Positions 12,962-26,010 of a DNA stretch of 64,000 nucleotides are shown here, piece after piece. The stretch is from contig OX597821.1 in assembly GCA_951406725.2 (NCBI GenBank), positions 29,946,001-30,010,000 on the forward strand. The letters run 5' to 3'. Below the pieces are notes generated by a model, which worked only from the letters and a program-made list of their open reading frames with translations, did no database searches and was not told the origin of the DNA. How positions within the stretch are numbered: the stretch's first letter is position 1; every line of letters starts with the position of its first letter. The position numbers were made by a program, and so were the translations under genes. Source of the DNA: Octopus vulgaris (lineage: Eukaryota).

Positions 12962-13340
12962 TGCAAGATGTGTTCTAGAAGTTTTGAGACTTTTTTCAAG
13001 GGAGGCATTTATTTAATTTCAAACAGGTACAAAACTCTAATTTTCTTCAAACTAGGATCATTTGACTTTAGTGCACCGTTGTTGCGCTACAGTCATTTCG
13101 TGAAGACACCATGAAAGCCGCCCTTCAAATTGAAGGTGCCCAGTACACTTGTCACAGTCTCTTTCATCTTCTGTTTCAGCTCGAGGAACAAAAAAAAAAA
13201 AAAAAACCCCACAGGATGCAAGGTCTGCACTGTAGAGAGATTGAGGTGCAATTTTGATGCTCATCTCTATCAAGTAGTTGGTTGCCATGATAGGAATGCA
13301 GACTGATGCATTGTTGTTCAACATGCTGTTACAGCCGTTC
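12962..13340 (-). mobile_element. mariner 3' fragment (same family as 43740-44570)
   Basis: Peptide NNNASV..APQSLYSADLASCG; terminal sequence homologous to 43740-43900. Confidence 0.75.
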
Positions 13341-13551
13341 CTTTCAATCTGGAATCGCAAACGTTGGCAGATCAGGTTATTAAATGTATTCTAATGATAT
13401 GCTAAAATTATAATAATATAGGACTATTATAACTGCTACACCCCCTAAAAAAGTATCGAGACGTGAGCAGTGCACCTCATAAATCAATAAGACAAGCAAA
13501 CCAATGACCTTTTTTGAACTGACAAACAGCAGCAAAATCTACACGAAATAT

Positions 13552-13750
13552 CAGTTTCAAATTTTGGCAAGTTCGGGGAAGGGTTAAAGTCGACTACACT
13601 ATTCCCAGTGCTGGCACTTATTTTATCGACTCCTGAAAGGATGAAAGGCAAAATCTACCTAAACGGAATTTGAATTCAAAAGCGTAATTGGGAGGAAATG
13701 CCACTAGGCGTTTAGTCCGGCGTGCTAAGGTTTCTGCCAGATCATCGCTT
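13552..13750 (-). mobile_element. SINE family B
   Basis: TTTTATCGAC..GAAAGGATGAAAGGCAAA..GGAATTTGAATTC. Confidence 0.8.
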
Positions 13751-14532
13751 TCAAATCTACATGTAATATCATCATACATTTTTTTTTCAAAACGGTAAGA
13801 TAAATTGTATACTTCAATGAAAAAATAAATACTGATAAATAATAATAACTGTTGATCATGCCATAAGTATCATTACTCATAGATGTCGATGAGAACGCCC
13901 CTGGGAATAAAATAAGCGTAAAATAAGCAACCAGAAATATAACTAATAAGAAGGGATTTTTTTGTTGTTGCGAACGTCACATAACGCTATTTTCGAAAGA
14001 CCACCCGCTATGTCACATGGAAACTTAATATATCATATATCATATCATAACCTAATATATCGGTGTCATACTTAGGTCATATACTCATGATTATGTTTAT
14101 GACAGATAATTCTCTTTTCAGCAAAAGCATCGGTGAAAAAGTAGGTTAATATGGTAAATCTCTTAATCTGATAATCTAGCGTTTACCATTGGCGCAAAAG
14201 AAGAACACAAGAACTCTTGAAATATATGTGCGTGTGTGTGTGTGTGTGTGTATGTGCATGTGTGTGTGTGTGCGTGCATGTAAATGTCAGTGTATAGCTA
14301 TACATATACACATGTATATACATAAATATAAGCATGTAAATATAAACATATGCATGCGTACACATACATATATCTGTCGTTTTTTTGCGTGTATGTGTCA
14401 GGTACGGGTGTATGTATTCTCGGCCGGCTGTGTATATGTACGATTTTTATAAGTATATATTTTAATATATGTTTATATATGCTTGTGTGTATGTAAAAGT
14501 ATATTGCCTTCAGGAAAGCACTTAGCTCGCAT

Positions 14533-14576
<44 letters not shown>

Positions 14577-14739
14577 CACATATATATATAGATATATATA
14601 TATCTACATACATATATATATATATATATATGCACACACACATATATATATATATATATATACATATATAGTATAGTCACTGTGATTCCTGTGTAGGAGA
14701 GATGCAGCCAGAGGGTAAGTATCCGTAGTGGTAAAGTAT

Positions 14740-15240
14740 CCGTAAAGGTAAAAGTCCAGTGCAGAAAATGTCGGATATTGTGAATCCAAATTTAAAAATT
14801 CGCCAGAACAACCACAGATCTTCTTTCAGGGTCCCGGAGAGACGCGACACAACGACACTCATGGCATACGTATGGTGCCTAAAGAACGATCGTACGCCCT
14901 TTAACATCAGGTGGAAATGACTGGAAAATTATAGACCTTATCGCAATGGAAAATGACTTTGTAAACTTTGTATGGCAGAAAAAATGTATAATCCTTATGA
15001 ACTCACACGAGGCAGGAGGCTACCTAAATTCCAGGACGGAAGCTATGGCGACTTGTCCACATTTTCGGAATTTTTTACTTCAAAACTGGAAATTCTACCT
15101 ATCAAGAGGAATATTTCTTCAACTATCACCGGCGTTCTTGGGCTTTTAAAAACCATTCTTTGCAGAGAACAGTTATCGTTTAGAGAAACTGAAGACATGT
15201 TTAGTTCACGCTAGATATGAAACTAATGACACTTCTCTAA
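14740..15240 (+). mobile_element. PLE 3' remnant: GIY-YIG endonuclease C-terminal part plus terminal region with a degenerate hammerhead
   Basis: Joined translation VGYCESKFKIRQNNHRSSFR..TTLMAYVWCLK..FNIRWK*LE..PY.NG..CKLCMAEK..LNSRTEAMATCPHFRNFLL fits the Neptune-type PLE endonuclease pattern (CxLCxxEK...LNxRxE...CxH). Confidence 0.85.
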
Positions 15241-15270
15241 AACTCTTACTTTACACATCCAAAAGTATAT

Positions 15271-15332
<62 letters not shown>

Positions 15333-15372
15333 GTATATATGTATATATATGCATGTATATGTAATATATATG

Positions 15373-15411
<39 letters not shown>

Positions 15412-15415
15412 TGTA

Positions 15416-15446
<31 letters not shown>

Positions 15447-15462
15447 GTAATATATATGTATT

Positions 15463-15510
<48 letters not shown>

Positions 15511-15584
15511 AAACACACATACATGGGGAGAGAGAGAGATAGAGAGAGAGAGAACGTGGAAGAGAGTCACGTATGTGTTTATGT

Positions 15585-15780
15585 ATGCATGTGCTGAAAA
15601 TTTCCTTGCTTTAAGGGTCGTGCGAAAAGCCTCGTTGGAGGCCCAACCTTCCAACTTCTTTTACAGGGCTTAGGAAAACTGAAGGACCGCCGTAATAAGT
15701 GTGTGTATAAAATCAAAATTAAATGACCCTCTTGTTTTTTTTCATACCCAAAGCCAGGAACTGATCAGCATCCCCTCATA
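15585..15780 (+). mobile_element. mariner-derived MITE
   Basis: TIR-like GTGCTGAAAATTTCCTTGCTTT / AAAGCCAGGAACTGATCAGCATCCCCTCATA; interior resembles a transposase C-terminus (GLRKTEGPP*/KCV). Confidence 0.65.
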
Positions 15781-16079
15781 CATAGATGTGCGGAAAATGT
15801 AGAAACTAAAAGTTAATCAAATTACGCTGTGCTTGTTGTTTGTATTTATATATTTATGTTGTAGTGTGTATGCGTGTCTGAAGCTGATTTATTGCATGTT
15901 TCTATAATGAGTGAATATTTTTGTACAGTATTGAGAGAAATTAAAATTTTTTTACTAAAAATTAATATCGGTATCGCTTAATATGTATATCTTTATAATC
16001 TTAAATTTATATTACGTATAAAGATTTTACACTGCGTATAAAAGGGAAAAATTCTAACGTGTGGGTTTTACTCAGCCAG

Positions 16080-17830
16080 AGCTGTGGGGCAGTCACCATT
16101 TATTATTCCGCAGTCGGTTTTTTGATGAAACAGTATCTGTCACAATACATGAGCATCGACATAGAACAGTATATGAAAGAAAGATGTACCTGTATATTCA
16201 ACTCCTGAAAACCCAGCAAATCTGTTCAGAGACGTGTTAATGATACCAAAATGGCACATGGAACAAATGGTAATTGAACTGGAATTATGTATTTGTTGGG
16301 AGGAAAGATACAAGTGAAATAAAGACATCTCTGCATTGGAAATCCAATCATAATGATGGATTTAATCCCGTAGAGAGACATAAGAGTTTTGATAGCTAGT
16401 CCTTTTGTGTCACGGTGACTTAGTACATCCAAATTTCGAAGTAACATAAGGGATGTCTGTTTATTTCAGTTTCTGATTGTAAGGACGTGCAGCAGCCGGC
16501 TGAAGATAACTGAAAAACTCTTCCGGATTGTTGGCTGCATCTTTATTATGAAATTCAATGTCAACTGATATGTACAATCCGCATTGGACTGATGTCTGTT
16601 GAGTAATAGTGTCATAGATATCCCGAAATATATTGTTTTCGGGAGCAAGGAAGATACATCCAGGCACCTATTCTTCTATGCGAGGCTAACATAAATAAGA
16701 TTAACATTCAAAACTAATTCTCGTGGTGTGTCGAAGATTTTTCCATTAATTAGATATCTCCATTCTCAGTGTTAACTGGTAACTAATTGTTGATTCCATC
16801 TAATGTAATATTGTTTCAAACTTGGCTGCGAAGATATCTCTATAAGATGCAAATCTGTTGTTGGTACAACAAATGCTTTCTTTCGTCTCCAAAATATTGT
16901 TTTCTTGAGGTACCTTCCCATCTCACAAGGAGGTATACTCACTTGTATGACTGGTAGATTTTGTCTGAAATTCCAAGATCAATAGCGTGACATCATCCAT
17001 TAAGTTAGTACCTCTGAGATCTTATAAAGTGTGATTGAGAGACTCAAATGCAACCCTGTGAGACATTGTGTTTCATCTTTTGCTTTCTGTAGGGTCAGCT
17101 TGAGAACTATTGCCTGTCAAGATCCATCGCTAATATAACGTACAAGACTGACATTGTCTCCAAGGTCAGTAGTAGCTGGAAAAAAGGAATGAGTAGTACT
17201 TCCACCTGTGAGCAAAGTTTTAGCAATTCCAGATGAGGTCACCGAAATAGCAATCTACTTGCCTGGAGGAAGTTACTGTAAGAATTAAGATTAAAAAGTT
17301 TTTCCTTTTCTAAGGGATGACCAACGAGATATATTTATTCCGTCCCAATGTTATCTGTTGGTTCATCTCACTGTAAGTTTTTGGTTTCTTATCCGAAACA
17401 ATCGATTCCGTTGGTATATTGCTCCAAATGTCAATTGTTTTAGCGTTTCAGATTGGAGCACGCAAACTACACTATTCATGATCCTTGAAAGCCATTTGTT
17501 AAACTCTATTTTCACTGAGGATCAATAGGTTCTTGTAAATGGCGAAGGACAACTATTGACGTGGCTTTCGTTTTAATTCTTGTCGAGTTTGACTCTTGTC
17601 ATTTTCTGTTGGTTACTATACTAAAGGTTCTGAGGTTAGTGCAACAAACAGATACAGCAATGAGAGTAATGTGGCCTACTCACCACATCTGAAGAGTGCG
17701 TACTGTAGAAAACTTCAAGAAACTGCTGCTGTCTGCATCATCTTGAAAGAAGTATTTTCTGTTATAAGCCACATGGCATTTTCCATCGACATATCAAGAA
17801 ATTGATTTGAGACACTTGTTTGAATTTATA
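16080..17830 (-). pseudogene. Highly decayed Helitron RepHel PIF1-type helicase
   Basis: Colinear minus-strand motifs: VDGKCH..FQDDA; GKTFLILIL; IAISVTSSGIAKTLLTGGSTTHSFF; MSHRVAFESLNHTL*DLRG; FRQNLPVI; FLAPENN; NPEEFFSYLQP; LLRNLD; FFHILFYVDA. Confidence 0.88.
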
Positions 17831-17923
17831 TATTGAAAATTGTGCCGAAACTGTCTACAAATTACAAAGGTTATTAAAATTTTGCATTTAATGTTATATC
17901 TTAATAAAGTTAGTAAGGGGCTT

Positions 17924-18349
17924 GGATCTTTTCGGTTTGAACGGCAGTTATTAACATAATTTCTAGGTAACTAGAAAATTTTAAACTTCGTATACTGGTA
18001 GAATGTGTTTATAAAACATCTTTTTCTCTTGCCTTTATTGAGAAAATTCTATAGTTTGTAATATATTTGTTGTTTTTTTTCTTCAATTTCTTCAATTTCA
18101 ACCAAACACTGACGTCTATTGAGGTAAAAATCATTTTGTGCCGTATGAATATGTCCCTCGTTTAAGAAACAGATTGGGTTTATTTACATTTGTGAAGAAA
18201 AACAGATACCCTTCCCCCCACCCCTAACCCTAACCCTAACTAACCCTAAAAGAGATTGAAATGCAATAGATCGATTCTAGGGTCATAATTATGGGTGACA
18301 ATTTCATATGACACCACTTGAAAAACTGCCGTTCAAACCGAAAAGATCC
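17924..18349. mobile_element. GGATC-ended MITE (Merlin-like) with an internal (CCCTAA)n tract
   Basis: 26-bp TIR GGATCTTTTCGGTTTGAACGGCAGTT; inverted copy at 56132-56558; no TSD visible at this copy. Confidence 0.9.
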
Positions 18350-18608
18350 AAATAGTGTTTTACTTAGAAGATAAGCTATTGTAGAGATAACAGCATAATG
18401 GTTTGTTTTTGCTTTTGAGAGTTCACTTTAAAAAGATCGCTTCGTTTGCAGAGGAGTGGGGATTTTGCTGTCTCCTGATGGTTCTCCGTATGAGTATACG
18501 GGAGCGTGTGCACTTAATGCTGCCTGTGTGTGCATCCACTGAAAGGATGAATGTATAAAAAATATCTACAGAAATAAAGACAGAGAGAGGGGGAGGCGAG
18601 AGAAAGCA

Positions 18609-18651
<43 letters not shown>

Positions 18652-18919
18652 AATAGAGCGAGTGAGTGAAGGAGAGGAATATATTGTTTAAAACGAATAA
18701 CGCTTGTATTTTTTATATCGATCACGAATATTTAGAAGTTGAACTCTAAGCCTATGCTTAAGCTGTATAATGGTTTTGATGGATGGTACTGTTGACGTAA
18801 AGAAACGTAAAATAGCGCAGAATTACAGAGAAAATAGATCGTAGATTTATTTGCTTGCTGGCTTTCATTTCTTATCTAAACATTGAAACTACATAATGTT
18901 TCTTGTGTTTACTCTACAA

Positions 18920-19150
18920 CAGAGGGAAGCGAGCTCGTAGACTAATCAAAGCTCCATAACATACGCTTTGCACTATTTCTTCCGGATCTCTACGTTATGA
19001 GTTCAAATGCCGCTGAGATCAACTTTGTCTTTCATCCTTCCGGGGTCGATAGAATAAAGTAACAATCAAGTACTAGGGTTTGTGGTATCGTATATCCTAT
19101 CATTATTAGTCAGAGTTATCAATTTATGAATTCCAAAGTCTGCCAGGGCT
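18920..19150 (+). mobile_element. SINE family B, degenerate
   Basis: GAGTTCAAATGCC..CTTTCATCCTTCCGGGGTCGATAGAATAAAGTA. Confidence 0.78.
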
Positions 19151-21693
19151 TTACTTTGTGTTTCATTTTTCCAGTGTTGAAATAAAATGTCAATCAATGA
19201 TTTGGTTTGATTTAAGTGATATATTTTTTTTCCAAAAACCCGAATCCTTGTATTTCCATTAGAAGTCATTAGTTTGTCGAAAGAGAAGGAGAACCGCCCA
19301 TAATGTTTGTAACCCCTCCCTCGCAGAAATTGTGAATGTTTTTCTTTTTTAAATGCAGTAGATTTTCATCTTAGATGGTTCTAGTTTCATGGAAGTATTT
19401 AATAATTATGAGAAAAAGGGAAATAAAGCATAATTAAAGAATAATTAACGAAAAACAAAAAGCTGATTTAACTGGAGAGTGAAAAATTATTGTGAATGCA
19501 AGTTATCGTTGCGAACGTTTATCGAAAGCTTATCTGTTGCAATCCAATACTCATTAGGGAGAGCGAACATAATACTGCTGATAAAAATCTTCTAAACGTT
19601 GAAATTATTTGAAAAATGTTCAGCGTTAATCGTTAGGAAGTATGGCGTTCCTCCTATCTCTCACATTACAGAACAAGAATAAGGAACGATATGCTAGAGA
19701 CTTTAATGTCGCTGTGTTTGTAAATTATTTCCCCCTCAGCAATTAATCGTATTTTAAATAACCGAAATCCCGGTGTCAACAAGGGAAATCTTTCTGGAAT
19801 TTCACTGTATTTATCTGGAAATATATATGTATGTTGTGTATATAAGTGTCAAAAGTTTGGCTGAATGTGTGGTCTGAATATAACTTAAGCTACGTTTTTG
19901 CCATTATTTGTTCAGCTGACATATATGGCAGTTAAAAGGTTATCGTTAAAAAAGCTACTAATTTTTAGGTTGAGCGGGAATTATCTATTATTATAGATGC
20001 CCTGTTTAATGACTTGTAGCTGCTGCTGTTGATGTTTAGCCCTAGGACTACTCAAATAGTGCAGTCCATGATCAAAAAAATTTCAGCCGTGTCCAACTAA
20101 TTACACACACACATACACACACATCGTATGCGTATGGTTTGAAATCAAAATGGTTTGTCAGAAATTATTTTAATCATCATTGTTCATCTGTATTATGACA
20201 GACGTTTACACTTATATATGTAGAAGACTTATTTAATTTACGAATGGATAAAACCATTGGGTACACTCATATTAAACTTAACTTCAAGTATACTATCCAA
20301 AATATGCTTCGCTTTTTAAGCCTTTTCCTGTCCTGTATATCACACCTGATACACTTCTCTGACATGAATGCATCATAAATAATAAAAATTTCTAATTGTA
20401 GTTTTAAACCATCAAAATAACTTGGGTGTCAGTAAAGTATTATTATTCCGCAGAACACACGAAAGAAATGCCAACGAAAAGTGTGAAAACAAGCATGACC
20501 GTCCAGGGAAAACTTATGAAGACCTTTTGGAAAAGCAAATAGTTAAAGATTTGAGGGAGATTTGCTGGCTTTTTCTCTCAAAACCCTCTTGAAATTGCGC
20601 GTGAAACCAGTATTTGTGAAGTGTAGCAAACCGTAAAGAGAATTACATTTTTACATCAGTGTATTATTACTATATGTTTTATCGACTTGAATACCGCTGG
20701 AAATCTCAGACAAACCCATCGGTGTTTGAACACAGGACGTAGAATAAATCTGGTTATCTGCTTCATTGACATTGCAGACATGAAAGTCAAAGTTAATATC
20801 AGAAAGATGAAAGACATTGATATGTGAACAATATTAAAAATATCATTACATATTATAACCATCAAAATAACAGATGAAACAGCAACCTTCCTCTTTTCAC
20901 TTTTCTCTCTCAGATTGCTGCATGTAATATCTAATATTAATATTTAATATTAATTTAGCTTGAAATTACCAGTAGTTAATTCATTCATCATTAAAAATAA
21001 TAATATCCGAGAGGCCATTCTGATTTCTGTCAATTAAGGTAAGAATTAGATACGGGCGACCTAATTATCCTCTCATCAATACGCTAGCGCTCATTTCTTC
21101 GATTCCAGAAAGTAATCTTAGTGGATTTGAAATCAGAACATGAAGGGTTGTGTCTAAAAAGTTATTTATTTATGTATTTTGAATACTAATTGGCTGTGGT
21201 TCTAATTGGTTACATATATCTGGACAAGTGATATCACTGGTACCCTGTACCTCAGACGTTAAGACTGAAAAGGAAGTGGCAATAAATCCGTGCGAGGAAA
21301 TTAAGAATATTTTTCTCCTAAAGGACTTCGTTTGGTAACCCCCATTTTTTTTCTAAAGATGTTTATACATTCATATATATATTCACATATATACACAGAC
21401 ACACAGACACAGACAAATAGATCACACACACACAAACATATATGTATTTGTAAATTTACGTGTGTGTGTATATGTATATATATATATTTCCTTGCTCGAA
21501 AGAAGGACAGCCGACAACTGATGAAGGGTCTTATTTTATGCTACTTGTCTTGTTTCAATTTGTTTCTCTCGTTCTTTGCGTACCCAATGTTATTTTCGTA
21601 TTTCATGTTGCTTACGTTTTGTGACGTCCTTTACCCATATATGCATACCTATAGACATACATATGTATGTATGTACATATATGTGTGTATATA

Positions 21694-21746
<53 letters not shown>

Positions 21747-22056
21747 CTTATAAACAAGGGCAAAAGAAAAAATTATTTCTATGCCAATATGCTGATAACA
21801 GACTTTAAATTGTCAATTTCCACTTTTCAATATACATTCACTATAAATATACGTTGTGCTGAAATCGACGAAAGCTAGCCAATAGATTTCTTTTTAAAAA
21901 AGTTCGTTATTTCTATATTGAATCAATTTCGGGATTAATCCTATGGATTCTTCCCTCTGCAGTAGAAAATTTTCTACCAACATAATTTGCTTCATCCCAC
22001 GAATTCACACTAAGTATCTTGCAAACCAGATACAAGAACGAAGTATATTTATGTAT

Positions 22057-22700
22057 ATAACTTAGATAACTTAGGTATGGATCGGTCAAAGATTGGTTCA
22101 GGCCATGTTTAACTTAATAGCACCATCTGATAAGTCATTTCTAAGCTTTGTGGTATCATGGCCGATTCAAATAGATTTCTTGTTGACTGAGATGTATTCA
22201 GGCATAGGTAGCTTACCTTGTATCCCTTCAAGAAATTTATCGAAGTTTCGTTTGAAAATGATGGGATATTTTTCTTCTTTGATTTGTATTGGGATGATGT
22301 TAAATAGACCAGGGACTGTTCAGGAAGAAAAATTCTGTTGTAATGAATTGATGTGTTGTGAGTCTGAATTGTGTGAATAATGCCCCAGCCTGGGATGAAA
22401 TCTAAATCCAATGCTGAGGTCATTTGGGTAAAGCTGGTGGCATACTCTCCCCATTGTGCAAATGATGCAACCTTCACAACGGCGCTGGAGAAAATAAAAG
22501 CTCAGTGTTTCAAGATGGTCCTAATAATCAAGATCAGTGTTTTCACTAAATGATCGTTGAGGTGAGTCATTACTCGTAATGTTTTGTTTAATGTGCGGAG
22601 ATCACAGGGGGAAGCAGTATTTTAGGTGTGGCCGTACAAAGGAGAGGTGGAGAATGATGACATCTTGCTCTCTTGACCGGGAAGTTCAGAGGATCCATGA
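22057..22700 (-). mobile_element. 5'-truncated CR1/Jockey-group LINE (ORF2 C-terminus and 3' UTR)
   Basis: Minus-strand VRPHL/YCFPL*SPHIKQNI..PQRSF..LQRRCE..FHPRLG..PGLFNIIP..FKRNFDKFLEGI; ends in a (CTAAGTTA)x2 tail. Confidence 0.85.
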
Positions 22701-22733
22701 GCTAGTTCTGCGATATAAACATACCTATATATA

Positions 22734-22843
<110 letters not shown>

Positions 22844-22872
22844 CTGTGAGGGTATGTGCTTGTGTGTGTGGG

Positions 22873-23225
22873 GGAGGCGCAATGGCCCAGTGCTTAGGGC
22901 AGCGGTTTCGCGGTCGTTGAATCGCGATTTCGTTGTGAGTGTCTATTGAGCGAAAACGCCTAAAGTTCCACGAGTCTCCAGCAGGGGATGCTGGCGAACC
23001 CTGCTGTACTCTTTCATCACAACTTTCTCTCACACTTTCTTCCTGTTACTGTTGTACATGTATTATCAAAGGGCCACCCTCGTCACACTCAGTGTCACGC
23101 TGAATCTCCCCGAGAACTACGTGTCTGTGAAATGCTCAGTCACTTGTACGTCAATTTCATGAGCAGGCTGTTCCGTTGATCTGATCAAATGGAACCCTTG
23201 TCGTTGTAACTGACGGAGTGCTACA
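22873..23225 (+). mobile_element. tRNA-derived SINE family C (alternative tail)
   Basis: Head GGAGGCGCAATGGCCCAGTG; body homologous to 36252-36552; tail homologous to 24035-24180 on the minus strand. Confidence 0.75.
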
Positions 23226-23251
23226 ATATATATATATATACATATATATAT

Positions 23252-23428
23252 AACTTATAAATAAGGGCAAAAGAAATAATTTCTAATGCCAAATATGTCG
23301 AAACTAGACACATTGTTCATAACCATATAATTTACCACAATAAGCACGTTACTCGAGTAACATGCTTATGTGTCTAGTTTCGGCATATTTGGCATTAAAA
23401 ATTATTTTTTTGCCCTTATTTATAAGTT
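23252..23428. repeat. ~60-bp inverted repeat with an internal palindrome; PLE-like terminus in (TA)n
   Basis: 23252-23312 is the reverse complement of 23368-23428; related sequence at 21745-21800. Confidence 0.8.
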
Positions 23429-23504
23429 GTTTATAAATTTAACCTTTAAAGGTATTTTTTAATATGCTGGCCATTCATAAAATTTTTTGGGGAAAAAATT
23501 TTTC

Positions 23505-23558
<54 letters not shown>

Positions 23559-23755
23559 TATATATACATATATACATATTTATACATATATACATAAATA
23601 TATATGCATGTATATATACATTTATGTATATATACACATACACATATATATACATACATATGTGTGTATATTGATATGTGTATATATATATGCATATATA
23701 TATATATATATAAACATACATACATATGCATAGACATACATACATACATTCATGT

Positions 23756-23819
<64 letters not shown>

Positions 23820-24034
23820 GTATGTGTGTGTGCATACATGCACACACATATACACATATTCAGACACAAATACACACATTCATATATAAATGTTTCGCGC
23901 GACATATCACGAATTTCAATTTTCGGCAATGGTTGCTTAGGCCTCCGTAATTAAACTGGTTGTTGTTGATAACATTGATTATGATGATGATGATGATGAT
24001 GATGATGATGTTACTGATAGATACTTTAACGTTG

Positions 24035-24320
24035 ATGATTAACTTGTTCGATCAACTGATGAACGTTCTTCTCAAGCTAACATAAGCAGTTGAGTATTCC
24101 GTAGACACCCGTACCCTTAGCGTAACCCTCTAGCAGTATTATTGTGACAACAACTGTGACAAAGCGTGGCCCATTGAATAACTCAGTTGCTGGCTATTAT
24201 TTTTCCTGAAAGGGTTATAGTAATATTAAGACACAGTGGTCGAAAATGCTTCATAGTATGAACAAACGCGTGACTTCATGATAGGGAAGTGAACTTCCTA
24301 ACCTCTTGGCTACGTTTGTG
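24035..24320 (-). mobile_element. Old degenerate SINE sharing its tail with 22873-23225
   Basis: GGGCCACGCTTTGTCACA..TACGCTAAGGGTACGGGTGTCT..CAGTTGATCG on the minus strand. Confidence 0.55.
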
Positions 24321-25069
24321 TCCATAACAGCTGTCATAAATCTTACCTCATCCGTGCCGAGCCTTCTATTTTAAGCTATGCAAGTCTTGATGTAGGTTTT
24401 GATGGCACTTCATGCATTAGGTTCTAGGGATCCATTAGAGACTAGACTAGTGAAGTGAATCTAGGAATAACCGCTCCTAGTCTAAGCCAGTGCTCCATGG
24501 TGAAGAGCCTTATCCTTCTCGTGGTGCTACCGTTGGTGCTTTAACTTGCTATGGTCGATAGCAGATTTGAACTGATAAAACACTGGTACAAAACAACATG
24601 GCTCTAGAGGAGCTACACCCCGATAAAAATCGCATTGGTAGGACAGTCCCAGTGCGACAAAAGCCACAGAAAGTCTGCATGTTGAACGTCCATGAAAAAT
24701 TTTGATGCTACCCACTGGTTTCAGATACTTTTCCAATGTCTCTTCCAGGAAATGACTTACCCATGTCACAGCTAAATATTATTGATTTGTGACACTAACA
24801 GACACTGCATCACCCATTTTGATAGTGAGATCATTCCGATCGCATTAAACTTTGTACTTTATTTTACCGATTCCTTGAAGATAAAGGAAAACAAAGTTAA
24901 CGTCGGCAAGATATGAACTCGAAATGTAACCTATTGTTATCTATCCGTACTAACTGGTACTTTATCATGCTACCCACTGAAGGTGAAAGAAAAATTGAAA
25001 CCAGTGAACATTGCGTAACGAAGTGTATCCGATTCCATAAAATCCAGGTCTTTATTTTATTGACGTCTA

Positions 25070-25283
25070 AGAATGGTTTCAAATTTTGTCAGAAGACTGA
25101 CAATTTTAAGGAAGAGACTAAATTAATTGCATCCACCTCAATATTCAACTGGTACATATTTTATCGACCATTGAAATGTAATGTCAGCTTTGGCAGAATT
25201 TGAACCCAGAACGTGAAGATCTGGAGAAAATGCCGCTAAGCTTTTTGTTCAACTCGCTAACGATTCTACCAGCTTGTTGCCTT
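25070..25283 (-). mobile_element. SINE family B
   Basis: GGTTTCAAATTTTG tail and GAATTTGAACCCAGAACG B-box; flanked by TAAGAATG direct repeats. Confidence 0.75.
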
Positions 25284-25566
25284 AAGAATGAGAGAAAAAA
25301 ACTGACGCCGTCGGGAATTCAGTGTAACATACTTAACTACTACAAGGCATTTTGTCTGAGGCTCTAATCATTGTGCTAAACCACCGCCGGCCAGAGGGAT
25401 TTTAAACATAGTTACACTCAGCAGGAATTCCTCTTAGTACATGGAGAAAGGAAATATAAAGCACTATGGTGGGCGTGTGAGATTTACTTATATTACACAG
25501 CCTTGACAAAGACATAATCAGAAAGATACACACACGCATGCAGACACATACATACACACACACACT

Positions 25567-25604
<38 letters not shown>

Positions 25605-25616
25605 AATGTATATATT

Positions 25617-25661
<45 letters not shown>

Positions 25662-25758
25662 ATACAAATTAAATATATAAATACATAATTAAATACAAAA
25701 ATAAAAAATGAAAAAATAAAAAATAAAAATAAAAATAATAAAAAAATATTTATACATA

Positions 25759-25808
<50 letters not shown>

Positions 25809-25898
25809 ATGAAATGGATAAATGAATTATCTTGTTACGGATTATTCAAAATTTAACCGATACCTGTGTAGCAAAAATCACACCAGAAAAGACACGGT

Positions 25899-25964
25899 TG
25901 AGGTTACGACCATGGGGTTTCGCCCCCGTGCTTTAGCGTGGATAATTGAAGTTTTATATATTCA

Positions 25965-26010
<46 letters not shown>

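Noticed and set aside
21490-21525. CTCGAAAG..CTGATGAAGGG as a permuted hammerhead
   Set aside because: No stem I or stem III pairing and no NUH triplet; at most a decayed PLE-like remnant.
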